Origin: Xanthobacteraceae bacterium
Lineage (GTDB): Bacteria > Pseudomonadota > Alphaproteobacteria > Rhizobiales > Xanthobacteraceae
Length of the DNA: 64,000 nt
Direction: 5' to 3'
NCBI GenBank assembly: GCA_035565775.1
Contig: DATMRW010000028.1
Coordinates: forward strand, 98,856-162,855
A program made the position numbers and the translations under genes. The notes under the pieces were generated by a model. It was given only the letters and a program-made list of their open reading frames with translations, was not told where the DNA came from and did not search any database. The stretch's first letter is position 1. The number at the start of each line of letters is the position of its first letter. Below are positions 1-10,103 of the stretch, one piece after another.

Positions 1-1214
1 ACAAAATGACGCAGGAGCTGCGCACCCAGCGCGACGATCTAGTGAGCGCCAGCGACGTGATCGACAGCCGGCGGCGGTTCATCGAGGCGGTGCTGTCATC
101 GGCGAGCGCGGGCATCATCGGCGTGAACAGCTCCGGCAAGGTCGAGATTTTGAACCGCTCGGCCGAAAAACTGATCGACAAGCCGGAGTCGGAAGCCCTC
201 GGCAAGACGCTCCTTGAACTGCTGCCCGAGCTCAGCGAGATGATCTCCAAGCTGCGCGAGGGCACGCAGCGGCTGGTGCAGGGGCAGATCACGATCAATC
301 GCAACGGCACCGAACGAATCCTGCAGGTGCGCATCAGCGCCGATCAGGCCGGACAGATTCGCGAAGGCGGCATCATCACGCTCGATGACATCACCGAGCT
401 CGTCTCGGCGCAGCGCACATCCGCGTGGGCGGACGTGGCGCGGCGCATCGCCCATGAGATCAAGAACCCGCTGACGCCGATCCAGCTGTCGGCGGAACGG
501 ATCAGGCGCAAGTTCGGCAAGGTCATCACCGAGGATCGCCCGATCTTCGATCAATGCACCGACACCATCGTTCGTCAGGTCGATGACATCCGGCGCATGG
601 TCGACGAGTTCTCGCGCTTTGCGCGGATGCCGAAGCCCGCCATCGAAGGCGAGGACGTCGCCGAATGCGTACGGCAGGTCGTCTTCCTGATGCGGGTCGG
701 CCATCCGGAGGTCGATATCGAGACCGACATCCGCGAAGAACCGATGCCGGCGCAGTTCGACCGCCGCCTGATCTCGCAGGCACTGACCAACATCATCAAA
801 AATGCGACCGAGGCCATCGAGGCAGTTCCCGCCGAGACGCTCGGCCGCGGCCGCATCGAGGTAAAGGCGATGCGCGAAGGCGACGATATCGTGATCGACG
901 TGGTCGATAACGGCATCGGCCTGCCGGCCACCAGCCGCTCGCGCCTGCTGGAGCCTTACATGACCACCCGCGAGAAAGGCACCGGCCTTGGCCTCGCAAT
1001 TGTCGGCCGCGTTCTTGAGGATCACGGTGGACGGATCGAACTGAACGACGCTGCAAACATCAATCCTGGCGCTCGCGGAGCGTGGGTCCGGCTGCGCTTC
1101 GCCGCGGCCGGCTACGATCCAACGAAGGCCGAAACATCGGCAAGCCAGGATCAATCCACCAATGCCGGGCAGAACAACGGCCAGCTTGAAGTGAGCATGC
1201 GACATGGCGAATGA
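1..1214 (+). CDS. ntrY: Sensor histidine kinase NtrY, C-terminal ~400 aa (5' end outside window)
   Basis: The reading frame is open to the window edge. It has the H-box HEIKNPLTPIQLSAERI and HATPase G-boxes (VDNGIGL, GTGLGLAIV). It overlaps the downstream ntrX start, as in ntrYX operons. Confidence 0.85.
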   Translation, partial: KMTQELRTQRDDLVSASDVIDSRRRFIEAVLSSASAGIIGVNSSGKVEILNRSAEKLIDKPESEALGKTLLELLPELSEMISKLREGTQRLVQGQITINRNGTERILQVRISADQAGQIREGGIITLDDITELVSAQRTSAWADVARRIAHEIKNPLTPIQLSAERIRRKFGKVITEDRPIFDQCTDTIVRQVDDIRRMVDEFSRFARMPKPAIEGEDVAECVRQVVFLMRVGHPEVDIETDIREEPMPAQFDRRLISQALTNIIKNATEAIEAVPAETLGRGRIEVKAMREGDDIVIDVVDNGIGLPATSRSRLLEPYMTTREKGTGLGLAIVGRVLEDHGGRIELNDAANINPGARGAWVRLRFAAAGYDPTKAETSASQDQSTNAGQNNGQLEVSMRHGE

Positions 1215-2574
1215 GATTTTGATCGTCGATGACGAGGCGGATATCCGTGAGCTCGTCGCCGGCATTCTGGAAGACGAGGGCTTCAAGACCCGCACCGCGC
1301 GCGACGCCGATACGGCACTGGCCGAGATCAGCGCGCGGCGGCCCGATCTGATTTTCCTCGACATCTGGATGCAGGGCAGCCGGCTCGATGGATTGCAGCT
1401 TCTGGACGAGGTCAAGCAGCGCCACGCCAACGTGCCGGTGGTGATGATCTCCGGCCACGGCAATATCGAGACGGCGGTGGCCGCGATCAAACGCGGCGCC
1501 TACGATTTCATCGAAAAGCCGTTCAAGGCGGACCGGCTCATTCTGGTCGCCACCCGCGCGCTCGAAAACTCGCGCCTCAAGCGCGAGGTGCGCGAACTGA
1601 AGCAGCAGTCGACGCAGGCCTCCACGCTCATCGGCCGCTCGCCGTCGATGAACCAGTTGCGGCAGACGATCGAGCGCGCCGCAAAGACCAACAGCCGCAT
1701 CCTGATCGTCGGCCCCTCCGGCGGCGGCAAGGAGCTCGCCGCCCGCACGCTGCACAACCTTTCGCCGCGCGCCGACGGTCCGTTCGTCGTCATCAACGCA
1801 GCGGCGATCACGCCGGAGCGGATGGAGATCGAACTGTTCGGCGTCGAGGCCAGCGACGGCGAACACCCGCGCAAGCCCGGCGCGCTCGAGGAAGCCCACG
1901 GCGGCACGCTGTTCATCGACGAAATCGCCGAGATGCCGCGCGAGACGCAGAACAAGATTTTGCGCGTGCTGGTGGACCAGACCTTTCAGCGCACCGGCGG
2001 CACCGCGCGCGTCAATGTCGACGTCCGCATAGTGTCATCGACCTCGCGCAACCTCGAGGTCGACATTGCCGAAGGGCGTTTCCGCGAGGATCTCTACCAC
2101 CGCCTGTCCGTCGTTCCGATCCGCGTGCCGGCGCTGTCCGAGCGCCGCGAGGACATTCCCGAGCTGATCGAGTATTTTATGGAGCAGATCTCGCAGGCCA
2201 CCGGCCTGCCGAAGCGCCGCATCGGTGATGATGCAATGGCCGTGCTGCAGTCGCACGTTTGGCCGGGGAACGTCCGCCAACTCCGCAACAACGTGGAGCG
2301 CGTGATGATTTTGGCAGGCGGCGATCCCGAGGCGATCGTCACCGCCGATATGCTGCCGCAGGATGTCGGCTCGATGGTGCCGACGATGCCGACCGGGCAT
2401 AATGGCGAGCACATCATGGGGCTGCCGCTGCGCGAGGCCCGCGAAATGTTCGAGCGCGATTACCTGATCGCGCAGATCGGCCGTTTCTCCGGCAACATCT
2501 CGCGCACCGCCGAGTTCGTCGGCATGGAGCGCTCTGCCTTGCACCGCAAGCTCAAGGCGCTCGGGGTCGGCTGA
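1204..2574 (+). CDS. ntrX: Sigma-54-dependent response regulator NtrX
   Basis: It has an N-terminal receiver (ILIVDDE, DLIFLDIWM), an AAA+ core (GPSGGGKE, GTLFIDEI) and a C-terminal Fis-type HTH. It overlaps ntrY by 11 nt. Confidence 0.9.
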   Translation: MANEILIVDDEADIRELVAGILEDEGFKTRTARDADTALAEISARRPDLIFLDIWMQGSRLDGLQLLDEVKQRHANVPVVMISGHGNIETAVAAIKRGAYDFIEKPFKADRLILVATRALENSRLKREVRELKQQSTQASTLIGRSPSMNQLRQTIERAAKTNSRILIVGPSGGGKELAARTLHNLSPRADGPFVVINAAAITPERMEIELFGVEASDGEHPRKPGALEEAHGGTLFIDEIAEMPRETQNKILRVLVDQTFQRTGGTARVNVDVRIVSSTSRNLEVDIAEGRFREDLYHRLSVVPIRVPALSERREDIPELIEYFMEQISQATGLPKRRIGDDAMAVLQSHVWPGNVRQLRNNVERVMILAGGDPEAIVTADMLPQDVGSMVPTMPTGHNGEHIMGLPLREAREMFERDYLIAQIGRFSGNISRTAEFVGMERSALHRKLKALGVG

Positions 2575-2591
2575 AGGGTAGGTCAGTTCCA

Positions 2592-3449
2592 ATGTCCCGC
2601 ATTGCCTATGTGAACGGCCAATATGTCCCGCAACGCGATGCCGTGGTGAACATCGAAGATCGCGGCTATCAGTTCGCCGATGGCGTCTACGAGGTCTGCG
2701 AAGTCAGCCGCGGACGGATCGTCGATGCGCCAAAACATCTCGCGCGACTTCAGCGCTCGCTTGGGGAACTGCGTATCGCCGAGCCGACGCCGACACCGGT
2801 GCTCGCCATGATCATGCGCGAGGTCATCCGCCGCAATCGCGTGCGCGACGGCATCGTCTATCTCCAGATTACGCGCGGCGTCGCGAGGCGCGATCACGGC
2901 TTTCCGCTTCATCCGGTCAAGCCGAGCCTCGTCGTCACCGCAAAGACGCTGAGCGTCGAGCGCCGGCAGCAGACTGCCGCCCGCGGCATCCGCGTCGTCA
3001 CCGTGCCCGACAACCGCTGGGGGCGGGTCGACATCAAGTCGACCAGCCTGTTGCCCAACGTGCTGGCCCGGCAGGCCGCCCGCGATCAGGGCGCGCAGGA
3101 GGCTTGGTTCGTCGATGCCGACGGCTTCGTCACCGAAGGCGCGTCGTCGAACGCGTGGATCGTCAAGGACGACGGCCGCATTGTGACCCGACCGGCGACC
3201 AACGAGATTTTGGCGGGCATTACCCGCTCTGTGGTGCTCGACGTGCTCGCAGCGCTTCAGATGAAACTGGAGGAACGGCCGTTCACGCCCGAGGAGGCTA
3301 GCACCGCGGCGGAAGCCTTCGTGACCGCCAGCAGCCAGATCGTCATGCCCGTCGTGGCGATCGACGGCCGCCCGGTCGGAACCGGCCAGCCGGGTCCGGT
3401 CGCCGCCAGACTGCGTGACGAGTTCCATCGCTTTTCTCAATTTTCATGA
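2592..3449 (+). CDS. Class IV (fold type IV) PLP aminotransferase, D-amino-acid aminotransferase-like
   Basis: The 285-aa product has N-terminal YVNGQYVP and EDRGYQFADGVYE, typical of D-alanine/branched-chain aminotransferase family IV. Confidence 0.7.
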   Translation: MSRIAYVNGQYVPQRDAVVNIEDRGYQFADGVYEVCEVSRGRIVDAPKHLARLQRSLGELRIAEPTPTPVLAMIMREVIRRNRVRDGIVYLQITRGVARRDHGFPLHPVKPSLVVTAKTLSVERRQQTAARGIRVVTVPDNRWGRVDIKSTSLLPNVLARQAARDQGAQEAWFVDADGFVTEGASSNAWIVKDDGRIVTRPATNEILAGITRSVVLDVLAALQMKLEERPFTPEEASTAAEAFVTASSQIVMPVVAIDGRPVGTGQPGPVAARLRDEFHRFSQFS

Positions 3450-3627
3450 GGATTGGCCGCGTTTGGCAGGTTCCGCATCTGCGCTGGACTTGCTTAACCG
3501 GGTAGGGTGCTCTCTAATCGGGACACCGGATTCCCGAGGGGGATCTCATGGTCTCCGGTGCAGGAATGGCCCGTAAAGGTGCCATTCCTGGTCAAGAACA
3601 AAAAATCTTACAGCGGGATAACAACAA

Positions 3628-3876
3628 ATGGCGACAGACCGCGCTCAAAACCTACAAGATACTTTTTTAAACCACGTTCGGAAAACCAAGACGCCCCTGA
3701 CGATCTTCCTCGTCAACGGCGTGAAACTGCAGGGTATCGTCACCTGGTTCGACAACTTCTGTCTGTTGCTGCGTCGGGATGGCCATTCCCAGTTGGTCTA
3801 CAAACACGCAATTTCGACGATTATGCCAGGCGCCCCGATCCAACTGTTCGAGGGCGGCGAGGATACTGCGTCTTGA
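3628..3876 (+). CDS. hfq: RNA chaperone Hfq
   Basis: The 82-aa product contains the canonical Sm1/Sm2 sequence [58 protein letters not shown]. Confidence 0.97.
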   Translation: MATDRAQNLQDTFLNHVRKTKTPLTIFLVNGVKLQGIVTWFDNFCLLLRRDGHSQLVYKHAISTIMPGAPIQLFEGGEDTAS

Positions 3877-3887
3877 GAAAGACCTGA

Positions 3888-5270
3888 TTGAAACCCCGGT
3901 CATTTGACGGGGAAGGCGAGCGACCTCAAACGACAACCATTCCCTCGACGGGGCTGGTTATTGTCGTCGGGCCTTACCGCCGGCTTCGCCGCGGTGAGGC
4001 CGACCTCGCCACAGAGCCTCACGGGATCCGAAACCCGGAGGCGCGACTGGAGGAGATGACGGGCCTTGCGCTTGCCATCGACCTGACCGTTGCCGCCTCC
4101 GTGCTCGCGCCGCTCAACGAGGTGCGCCCCTCCACATATCTCGGCAAAGGCAAGGTCGAGGAGATCGGCGAACTGGTCGCCGAGCACAAGGCGGGCCTCG
4201 TGGTGATGGACTGTGCGCTTTCGCCGGTCCAGCAGCGCAACCTCGAGCGCGTCTGGCGGATCAAGGTGCTCGACCGCACCGGCCTCATTCTCGAAATCTT
4301 CGGGCGGCGCGCCAAGACCAGGGAAGGCACGCTTCAGGTTGAGCTTGCGCATCTCAACTACCAGCGCAGCCGCCTGGTGCGGTCATGGACCCACCTTGAG
4401 CGCCAGCGCGGCGGCTATGGCTTTTTGGGCGGCCCCGGCGAAACCCAGATGGAAGCCGACCGCCGGATGATCGACGAGCGGATCGCGCGCATCAAGCTCG
4501 ATCTGGCGAAGGTGCAGGCCACGCGGCGGCTCCATCGCGCCGGCCGCGAGCGCGTGCCTTATCGGGTGGTTGCGCTGGTCGGCTACACCAATGCCGGCAA
4601 ATCGACGCTGTTCAATCGCCTGACCGCGGCCGAGGTTCAGGCCGAGGACATGCTGTTCGCGACGCTCGATCCGACCCTGCGGGCGCTCACCTTGCCGCAT
4701 GGCGCCAAGGCGATGCTGTCGGATACCGTCGGCTTCATCTCGGACCTGCCGACCATGCTGGTCGCCGCCTTCCGCGCCACGCTGGAAGAGGTGGTCGAAG
4801 CCGAAGTCATTTTGCATGTCCGCGACATCTCGCATGAAGACGCCGAGGCGCAGCGCGCCGACGTCGACTCGGTGCTCCGGCAGCTCGACATCGACGTTCA
4901 CAAGAACGGGCGGATCATCGAGGTCTGGAACAAGGTCGACCGGCTCGACGCCGAGGCCCGCGAACGGCTGGGCTACTTGTCCGCCCGCCAACCGCGGCCG
5001 TGCTATCTCGTCTCTGCCGAAACCGGCGAGGGGCTCGACGTGCTGCTCGCTGCGATCGAGGATCAGCTCGCGGCCAATCGCACGACGCTGCAATTCTCCA
5101 TCGATCCCGCCGACGGCGCGGGCATCAGCTGGCTGCACCGCAATTCCGAAGTGCTCAAGAAAGAGCTGCTGGAGGACGGCCACGTGCTGATGACGGTGCG
5201 GCTCGACGCCAGCAAGCGCGATCTGGCGATCCATCGCTTTACCGGGCAGAAGCCGACGCCGCCAGATTGA
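3888..5270 (+). CDS. hflX: GTPase HflX
   Basis: It sits directly downstream of hfq. G-domain motifs are GYTNAGKST (G1), DTVGF (G3) and NKVD (G4). The TTG start at 3888 is uncertain. Confidence 0.88.
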   Translation: MKPRSFDGEGERPQTTTIPSTGLVIVVGPYRRLRRGEADLATEPHGIRNPEARLEEMTGLALAIDLTVAASVLAPLNEVRPSTYLGKGKVEEIGELVAEHKAGLVVMDCALSPVQQRNLERVWRIKVLDRTGLILEIFGRRAKTREGTLQVELAHLNYQRSRLVRSWTHLERQRGGYGFLGGPGETQMEADRRMIDERIARIKLDLAKVQATRRLHRAGRERVPYRVVALVGYTNAGKSTLFNRLTAAEVQAEDMLFATLDPTLRALTLPHGAKAMLSDTVGFISDLPTMLVAAFRATLEEVVEAEVILHVRDISHEDAEAQRADVDSVLRQLDIDVHKNGRIIEVWNKVDRLDAEARERLGYLSARQPRPCYLVSAETGEGLDVLLAAIEDQLAANRTTLQFSIDPADGAGISWLHRNSEVLKKELLEDGHVLMTVRLDASKRDLAIHRFTGQKPTPPD

Positions 5271-5313
5271 TCGGGCTTTAATCTCTGCAAGTAAGAATAC
5301 TTGTCGCGATGCG

Positions 5314-6162
5314 TTAGCGTGTCGCTTCAAGTTTTTTGGCTTCGTTCCAGAGCTCGTCCATCTCGGCGAGAGAAGCAGCGTTCAACGTTTTGCCGCGCGC
5401 CGCGAGTGCCGTTTCGATATAGGCGAAGCGGCGGGTGAACTTGTGATTGGTCCCGCGCAGCGCGCCTTCTGGATCGACATTGGCATGACGCGCAAGGTTG
5501 ACCAGCGCGAACAACAGATCGCCCACCTCATCGCCAATCCGTGAGCGGTCGCCGCCGTCAAGCGCGGCCTCGATCTCATCGGCTTCCTCGCGGATTTTGG
5601 CCAGCACCGCGCGCGGATCGTTCCAGTCGAAGCCGACAGTCGCCGCCTTGTATTGCAGCTCGAGGGCGTGAGCGAGGGCAGGCTGGATGGACTTCACACT
5701 CGCCAGAAGCGAGACGGGGCCATCGACGGCTTCGCCCCGGTGCGCAGCGCGCTCGGCTTTTTCCTCAGCCTTGATGCGCCGCCACGATCCCTGGACCTCT
5801 TCGGGCGTCATCGTGCCGGCCTGCTCGCCGAAGACATGCGGATGGCGGCGGATCATCTTCTTGGTAACCGCCTGCACGACGTCGCCGAAGGTAAAAGCAT
5901 TCTGTTCCTCCGCCATGCGAGCGTGAAACACCACCTGCAGGAGAAGGTCGCCAAGCTCATCGCAGAGGTCGTGCATATCGCCGCGCGTGATCGCATCGGC
6001 GACCTCATACGCTTCCTCGATCGTGTAGGGGGCGATGCTGGCAAAATCCTGCTCCAGATCCCACGGGCAGCCGGTTCCAGGCGTGCGCAGCGCCGCCATG
6101 ATCTCGATCAGTCGCGCGATATCGCGGGAGGGATCCATCGTCCGATTTCTGGCAGTAGTCAT
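5314..6162 (-). CDS. mazG: Nucleoside triphosphate pyrophosphohydrolase MazG
   Basis: The 282-aa product has tandem MazG domains with EExxE/D motifs ([20 protein letters not shown]). Confidence 0.9.
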   Translation of the reverse strand: MTTARNRTMDPSRDIARLIEIMAALRTPGTGCPWDLEQDFASIAPYTIEEAYEVADAITRGDMHDLCDELGDLLLQVVFHARMAEEQNAFTFGDVVQAVTKKMIRRHPHVFGEQAGTMTPEEVQGSWRRIKAEEKAERAAHRGEAVDGPVSLLASVKSIQPALAHALELQYKAATVGFDWNDPRAVLAKIREEADEIEAALDGGDRSRIGDEVGDLLFALVNLARHANVDPEGALRGTNHKFTRRFAYIETALAARGKTLNAASLAEMDELWNEAKKLEATR

Positions 6163-6281
6163 CGTGCACCGGGCTTGTCAGAAGAAGGGATGGGCCCCTT
6201 ATGCCCCAGGCGGGCGCCGCGGCCCAGCCGAAAATCGCGCAAGCGTTTGGTGGAGAGCGCGGGCAGTGCTATGGACGCGCC

Positions 6282-7016
6282 ATGAGCGATTTTCTGAAGA
6301 ACGAAACGGCCCTCGTCCTGTTCTCCGGCGGGCAGGACTCGACGACCTGCCTAGCCTGGGCGCTGGCGAAATTCGCGCGGGTGGAGACGCTCGGTTTTGA
6401 CTATGGCCAGCGCCACGCCATCGAGCTCACCTGCCGCGACCGGCTGATCGAGGGGCTGCGCGCGATCAATCCCAAATGGGACGAGCGGCTGAGCGAGCAC
6501 CACACGCTGGCGATCCCGACGCTCGGCGAGATTTCCGGCACGGCGCTGATCCACGATGTCGCGATTGCGATGAACGAGGATGGGCTGCCGAACACGTTCG
6601 TTCCGGGCCGCAACCTGATTTTCCTGACCTTCGCTGCGGCGCTGGCCTACCGGCGCGGCATCCGCCATATCGTCGGCGGGATGTGCGAGACGGACTATTC
6701 GGGCTATCCCGATTGTCGGGACACCACCATCAAGGCCCTGCAGGCCGCGCTCAATCTCGGCATGGCGCGCGAGGTGGTGCTGCACACCCCGCTGATGTGG
6801 CTCGACAAGGCCGAGACATGGGCGCTGGCGAACGATCTCGGCGGAGGCGATCTTGTCGACCTGATCCGCGACCAGTCGCACACCTGCTATCTCGGCGAGC
6901 GCGGCGAAAAGCACGATTGGGGATATGGCTGCGGCGAATGCCCGGCCTGCCAGTTGCGGGCGAAAGGCTGGGCCGACTATGCTCGCGGCAGGAAGGACCA
7001 CGCCGCAACTCCCTGA
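6282..7016 (+). CDS. queC: 7-cyano-7-deazaguanine synthase QueC
   Basis: It has the PP-loop [11 protein letters not shown] and a C-terminal Zn cluster CGECPAC. I placed the start at ATG 6282 (MSDFLKNE), not at the 27-codon upstream extension in the ORF track. Confidence 0.9.
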   Translation: MSDFLKNETALVLFSGGQDSTTCLAWALAKFARVETLGFDYGQRHAIELTCRDRLIEGLRAINPKWDERLSEHHTLAIPTLGEISGTALIHDVAIAMNEDGLPNTFVPGRNLIFLTFAAALAYRRGIRHIVGGMCETDYSGYPDCRDTTIKALQAALNLGMAREVVLHTPLMWLDKAETWALANDLGGGDLVDLIRDQSHTCYLGERGEKHDWGYGCGECPACQLRAKGWADYARGRKDHAATP

Positions 7017-7028
7017 CGGAGCCGCGCC

Positions 7029-7277
7029 ATGCTGACCCTGAAGCCGAACTGCGAGTGCTGCGACGCCGACTTGCCGCCGGAGAGCACGGCGGCCCGGATC
7101 TGCACGTTCGAGTGCACGTTCTGCGCCGACTGCGCGGAAGGCCCGCTCAACGGCATCTGCCCGAACTGCAAGGGCGAACTGGTGCGGCGGCCGATCCGGC
7201 CCGTCGCAATGCTGACAAAATATCCCGCCTCCTCAGAGCGCCACCTGCGCAAGGAGCCGTGTCCTTCCGCCGCGTGA
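7029..7277 (+). CDS. DUF1272 domain protein (Cys-rich)
   Basis: The 82-aa product (MLTLKPNCECCDADLPPES...CTFCADCAE...CPNCKGEL) matches the DUF1272 pattern. Confidence 0.75.
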   Translation: MLTLKPNCECCDADLPPESTAARICTFECTFCADCAEGPLNGICPNCKGELVRRPIRPVAMLTKYPASSERHLRKEPCPSAA

Positions 7278-7279
7278 TC

Positions 7280-8128
7280 TCAGGCCTTGCGTGAGGCGAG
7301 GCGATAGAGTGCGCGTGCGCCGCTGTCGAGCAGGAAGCCGAGCGCGCCGATCAGCACCACGGTCGCCATGAGTTCGGGATAGGCAAGGCGGTCGCGCGTA
7401 TCGAGGATGAAGTAGCCGAGCCCGGCCGACACCCCGAGCATTTCGCACGGCACCAGCACGATCCAGACGATGCCGATGGCAAGCCGCAGGCCTGTCAGCA
7501 CATGGCCCAGCACGCCAGGCACGATGACGTGGAGCAATGTCTCCCAGCGTGTCGCCGCAAGGCTTTCCGAGAGCCGCAGCCAGGCCGGATCGAGCTGCTT
7601 CACGCCCTGCGCAGTGTTGAGCAAAATCGGCCAGACTGCGGCAAAAGTGAGAAGAAAATAGATCGGCTGATCGCCGACGCCGAACACCATCACGGCGATC
7701 GGCATCCACGACAGCGGCGAGATCATTCGCAGCAACTGGAAGGTCGGCGAGGTCGCGGCGTTGAGAAGGCTCGAGCTGCCGACCGCCAGCCCGAGCGGCA
7801 CGCCGATCAGCAGCGCAAGGCCGAGGCCGACCAGCACGCGGCGCAGGCTGGTTGCGACATGGATGCCGAGATCGGGCTGCGTCAGGAGATGGGCGAGGGC
7901 GCCGGCGGTGTTCTGCGGCGAGAAGTTGCGCAGAAAACTGCCTGCGGGAGCGACGAACTCCGTGCCGATCCACCACAGGACGACCAGCAGCACAAGGCCG
8001 GAGGCGCCGAGCGCAATAGAGCGCAGCGACGGCAGCACCGCGCCGAAATGGAGAAGCGCCAGCGCGCCGCGATCTCTTAGCGAGGTGTCGCAGGCGCGCA
8101 GGCTGTCGGTGGGCCAGCTCGTGGTCAC
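7280..8128 (-). CDS. ABC transporter permease, NitT/TauT (nitrate/sulfonate/bicarbonate) family
   Basis: The 282-aa product is polytopic and shaped like a BPD_transp_1 permease. Its GTG start overlaps the stop of the upstream binding-protein gene (GTGA). Confidence 0.85.
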   Translation of the reverse strand: MTTSWPTDSLRACDTSLRDRGALALLHFGAVLPSLRSIALGASGLVLLVVLWWIGTEFVAPAGSFLRNFSPQNTAGALAHLLTQPDLGIHVATSLRRVLVGLGLALLIGVPLGLAVGSSSLLNAATSPTFQLLRMISPLSWMPIAVMVFGVGDQPIYFLLTFAAVWPILLNTAQGVKQLDPAWLRLSESLAATRWETLLHVIVPGVLGHVLTGLRLAIGIVWIVLVPCEMLGVSAGLGYFILDTRDRLAYPELMATVVLIGALGFLLDSGARALYRLASRKA

Positions 8129-9312
8129 GCCTTGATCAACTCCGTGCGGGTGAAGGATTCCGGCACGCCGAACGCGGCCATGCCACCGGCCGCCGTGACG
8201 GCGGCCTTGACGTGGCGATCATCGACCAGCTCGCGCGCTGCGACCGCCGGATCGAGCGTATCGAGGAACGAGCGGTTGCCCTCCACCAGCGTGTCCTTGA
8301 GCCTGCGCACCAGTTCCTCGGTGTAGCTCGGATAAGGATAGGGCTGGAAATCGATCCGCCGTTCGCGCCAGTCGGGATGGATGATCGCGCCGTCCTTCAG
8401 ATATGCGGCGTTGTCGGTGTCCGGCGGCGACAGCACCTTTTCCAGCACGGCCTTGCTGTGCGGCGTGTAACGGTTGGGATCGTCCTTGGAGAGCAGAGCC
8501 GCGGTCTCGCTGCGGTTCGCGCGCGTCCAGAGCTGCGCCTTCACCATCGCGTTGACCACCTTGCGCGACCATTCCGGGCGCTGCTCGAGGTCGCGCGCAT
8601 GCATGAAGACGAGGCAGCAGGCGTGGTCGCGCCAGACGTCGCCGGTGAAGCGCAGCACCTTGCCGACGCCGAGCACTTCGGCAGCGGCGTTGAACGGCTC
8701 GGCAACGATGAAGCCTGCGATCTGCTTGGCGGCGAGCGCAGGCACCATGTCCGACGGCGCCATGACGATGAGATTGACCTCGTTCGGCGCGGTGCCGCCG
8801 CCCTTCTTCGAGACTGGGGTGAGGCCGTTCTCCCGGAGCAGGATTTGCAGCACGACGTTGTGGATCGAATACCAGAACGGGATGGCGACGGTCTGCCCGC
8901 CAAGCTCCTTCACGCTGTTGATGTGCGGCGCGACGCTGAGGCCGGAGCCGCCGGTATGGTTCCAGGCGACGACCTTCGCCGGCGCCTTGCTGCCGAAGCG
9001 CGCCCACACCGCCATCGGCGAAAGCAGGTGCACGACGTTGACCTGGCCTGAGATGAAGGCTTCGAGAAGCTGCGCCCAGCTTCGCAGCAGCACCGGCTTC
9101 TCCGCCTTGATGCCTTCGGCCTCGAAAAACCCCTTGCCGTGGGCGACGAGCAGAGGCGTTGCGTCGGTGATCGGCAGATAACCGATGCGCAGCGGTGCAT
9201 CGGTTTCCTGCGCGCGCGCCTCATAGCTGCGCAGGAGCGGCAAAGCGCCGGCCGCGGTGAAGAGCGCCGACAACCGCAGCATTTCTCGCCGATTGAATTC
9301 GCTGGTGTTCAT
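8125..9312 (-). CDS. ABC substrate-binding protein, NitT/TauT (NrtA/SsuA-like) family with Tat signal
   Basis: I placed the start at ATG 9312 (MNTSEFNRREMLRLSALFTAAGA), which has a twin-arginine-like signal. It makes an ATGA overlap with the ATPase stop at 9309. Confidence 0.8.
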   Translation of the reverse strand: MNTSEFNRREMLRLSALFTAAGALPLLRSYEARAQETDAPLRIGYLPITDATPLLVAHGKGFFEAEGIKAEKPVLLRSWAQLLEAFISGQVNVVHLLSPMAVWARFGSKAPAKVVAWNHTGGSGLSVAPHINSVKELGGQTVAIPFWYSIHNVVLQILLRENGLTPVSKKGGGTAPNEVNLIVMAPSDMVPALAAKQIAGFIVAEPFNAAAEVLGVGKVLRFTGDVWRDHACCLVFMHARDLEQRPEWSRKVVNAMVKAQLWTRANRSETAALLSKDDPNRYTPHSKAVLEKVLSPPDTDNAAYLKDGAIIHPDWRERRIDFQPYPYPSYTEELVRRLKDTLVEGNRSFLDTLDPAVAARELVDDRHVKAAVTAAGGMAAFGVPESFTRTELIKA

Positions 9313-10103
9313 GACAGCCCCTTGGTGGCAGGACGACGCGAGGCCTTGCGCAGCGTCGTCAAAATTTCGACGCGGATCGCGCCGGTCTCGGCAATGAAAT
9401 CCTCGCGCGGCTTCGGCAGGTCGATCCGCCATTCGCCGATCTGGCCGGCAGGCGAGCCGCCGAGCAGAATGATGCGGTCGGAGACGAGCAGGGCTTCGTC
9501 AATGTCGTGGGTGATGATCACCGTCGCTGCGCGAAAATCCTGCACGACCTTGAGGAGCAGGTGCTGCATCTCCGCGCGCGTCACTTCGTCGAGCGCGCCG
9601 AACGGCTCGTCGAGCAGAAGAATCTCTGGTTTGCGGGCGAGGCAGCGGGCGAGCGCGGCGCGCTGCGCCATGCCGCCCGAAAGCTGCGCCGGAAAATTCT
9701 TGCGAGCATGCGACAGGCCGACCTCATCGATGGCGCGGTCGATCCGCGCCTGTGCCTCACGCGCGGAGAGGCCCGGTTGCGACTTGAAGCCGAGGCCGAA
9801 GCCGACGTTCTTTTCCAGCGTCAGCCAGGGCAACAGGCTCGGGTCCTGAAACGCGATGGCGACCCGCGGATGAACGCCCTGCAACGCCGCGCCATTGACG
9901 AACACCTCGCCTCCGGTCGGCTGCTGCAAGCCGGCGAGCACACGAAGAAGGCTCGACTTGCCGACACCGCTCGGCCCGAGAATGCTGACCGTCTCGCCCG
10001 ACTGCAGCGCGAAGTCGAAATCGTCGAGCACCGGCCGGCTTTCGCCGGGATAGTGCAGGGCGATGCTTTTTGCTGACAGGGCCGGCGCGGCGGAAGTTGT
10101 CAT
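9309..10103 (-). CDS. ABC transporter ATP-binding protein (NitT/TauT type)
   Basis: It has Walker A GPSGVGKSS, the signature LSGGMAQR and Walker B LLLDEPF. Confidence 0.9.
   Translation of the reverse strand: MTTSAAPALSAKSIALHYPGESRPVLDDFDFALQSGETVSILGPSGVGKSSLLRVLAGLQQPTGGEVFVNGAALQGVHPRVAIAFQDPSLLPWLTLEKNVGFGLGFKSQPGLSAREAQARIDRAIDEVGLSHARKNFPAQLSGGMAQRAALARCLARKPEILLLDEPFGALDEVTRAEMQHLLLKVVQDFRAATVIITHDIDEALLVSDRIILLGGSPAGQIGEWRIDLPKPREDFIAETGAIRVEILTTLRKASRRPATKGLS

Noticed and set aside
96-1490. A 464-aa ORF antisense to ntrY/ntrX.
   Set aside because: It has Arg/Ala/Gly-rich low-complexity composition, typical of the stop-poor opposite strand of high-GC genes. The sense strand encodes unmistakable NtrY/NtrX motifs.
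3507-3887. A 126-aa ORF overlapping hfq in another frame.
   Set aside because: The hfq frame encodes a canonical Hfq. The overlapping frame has no family resemblance.
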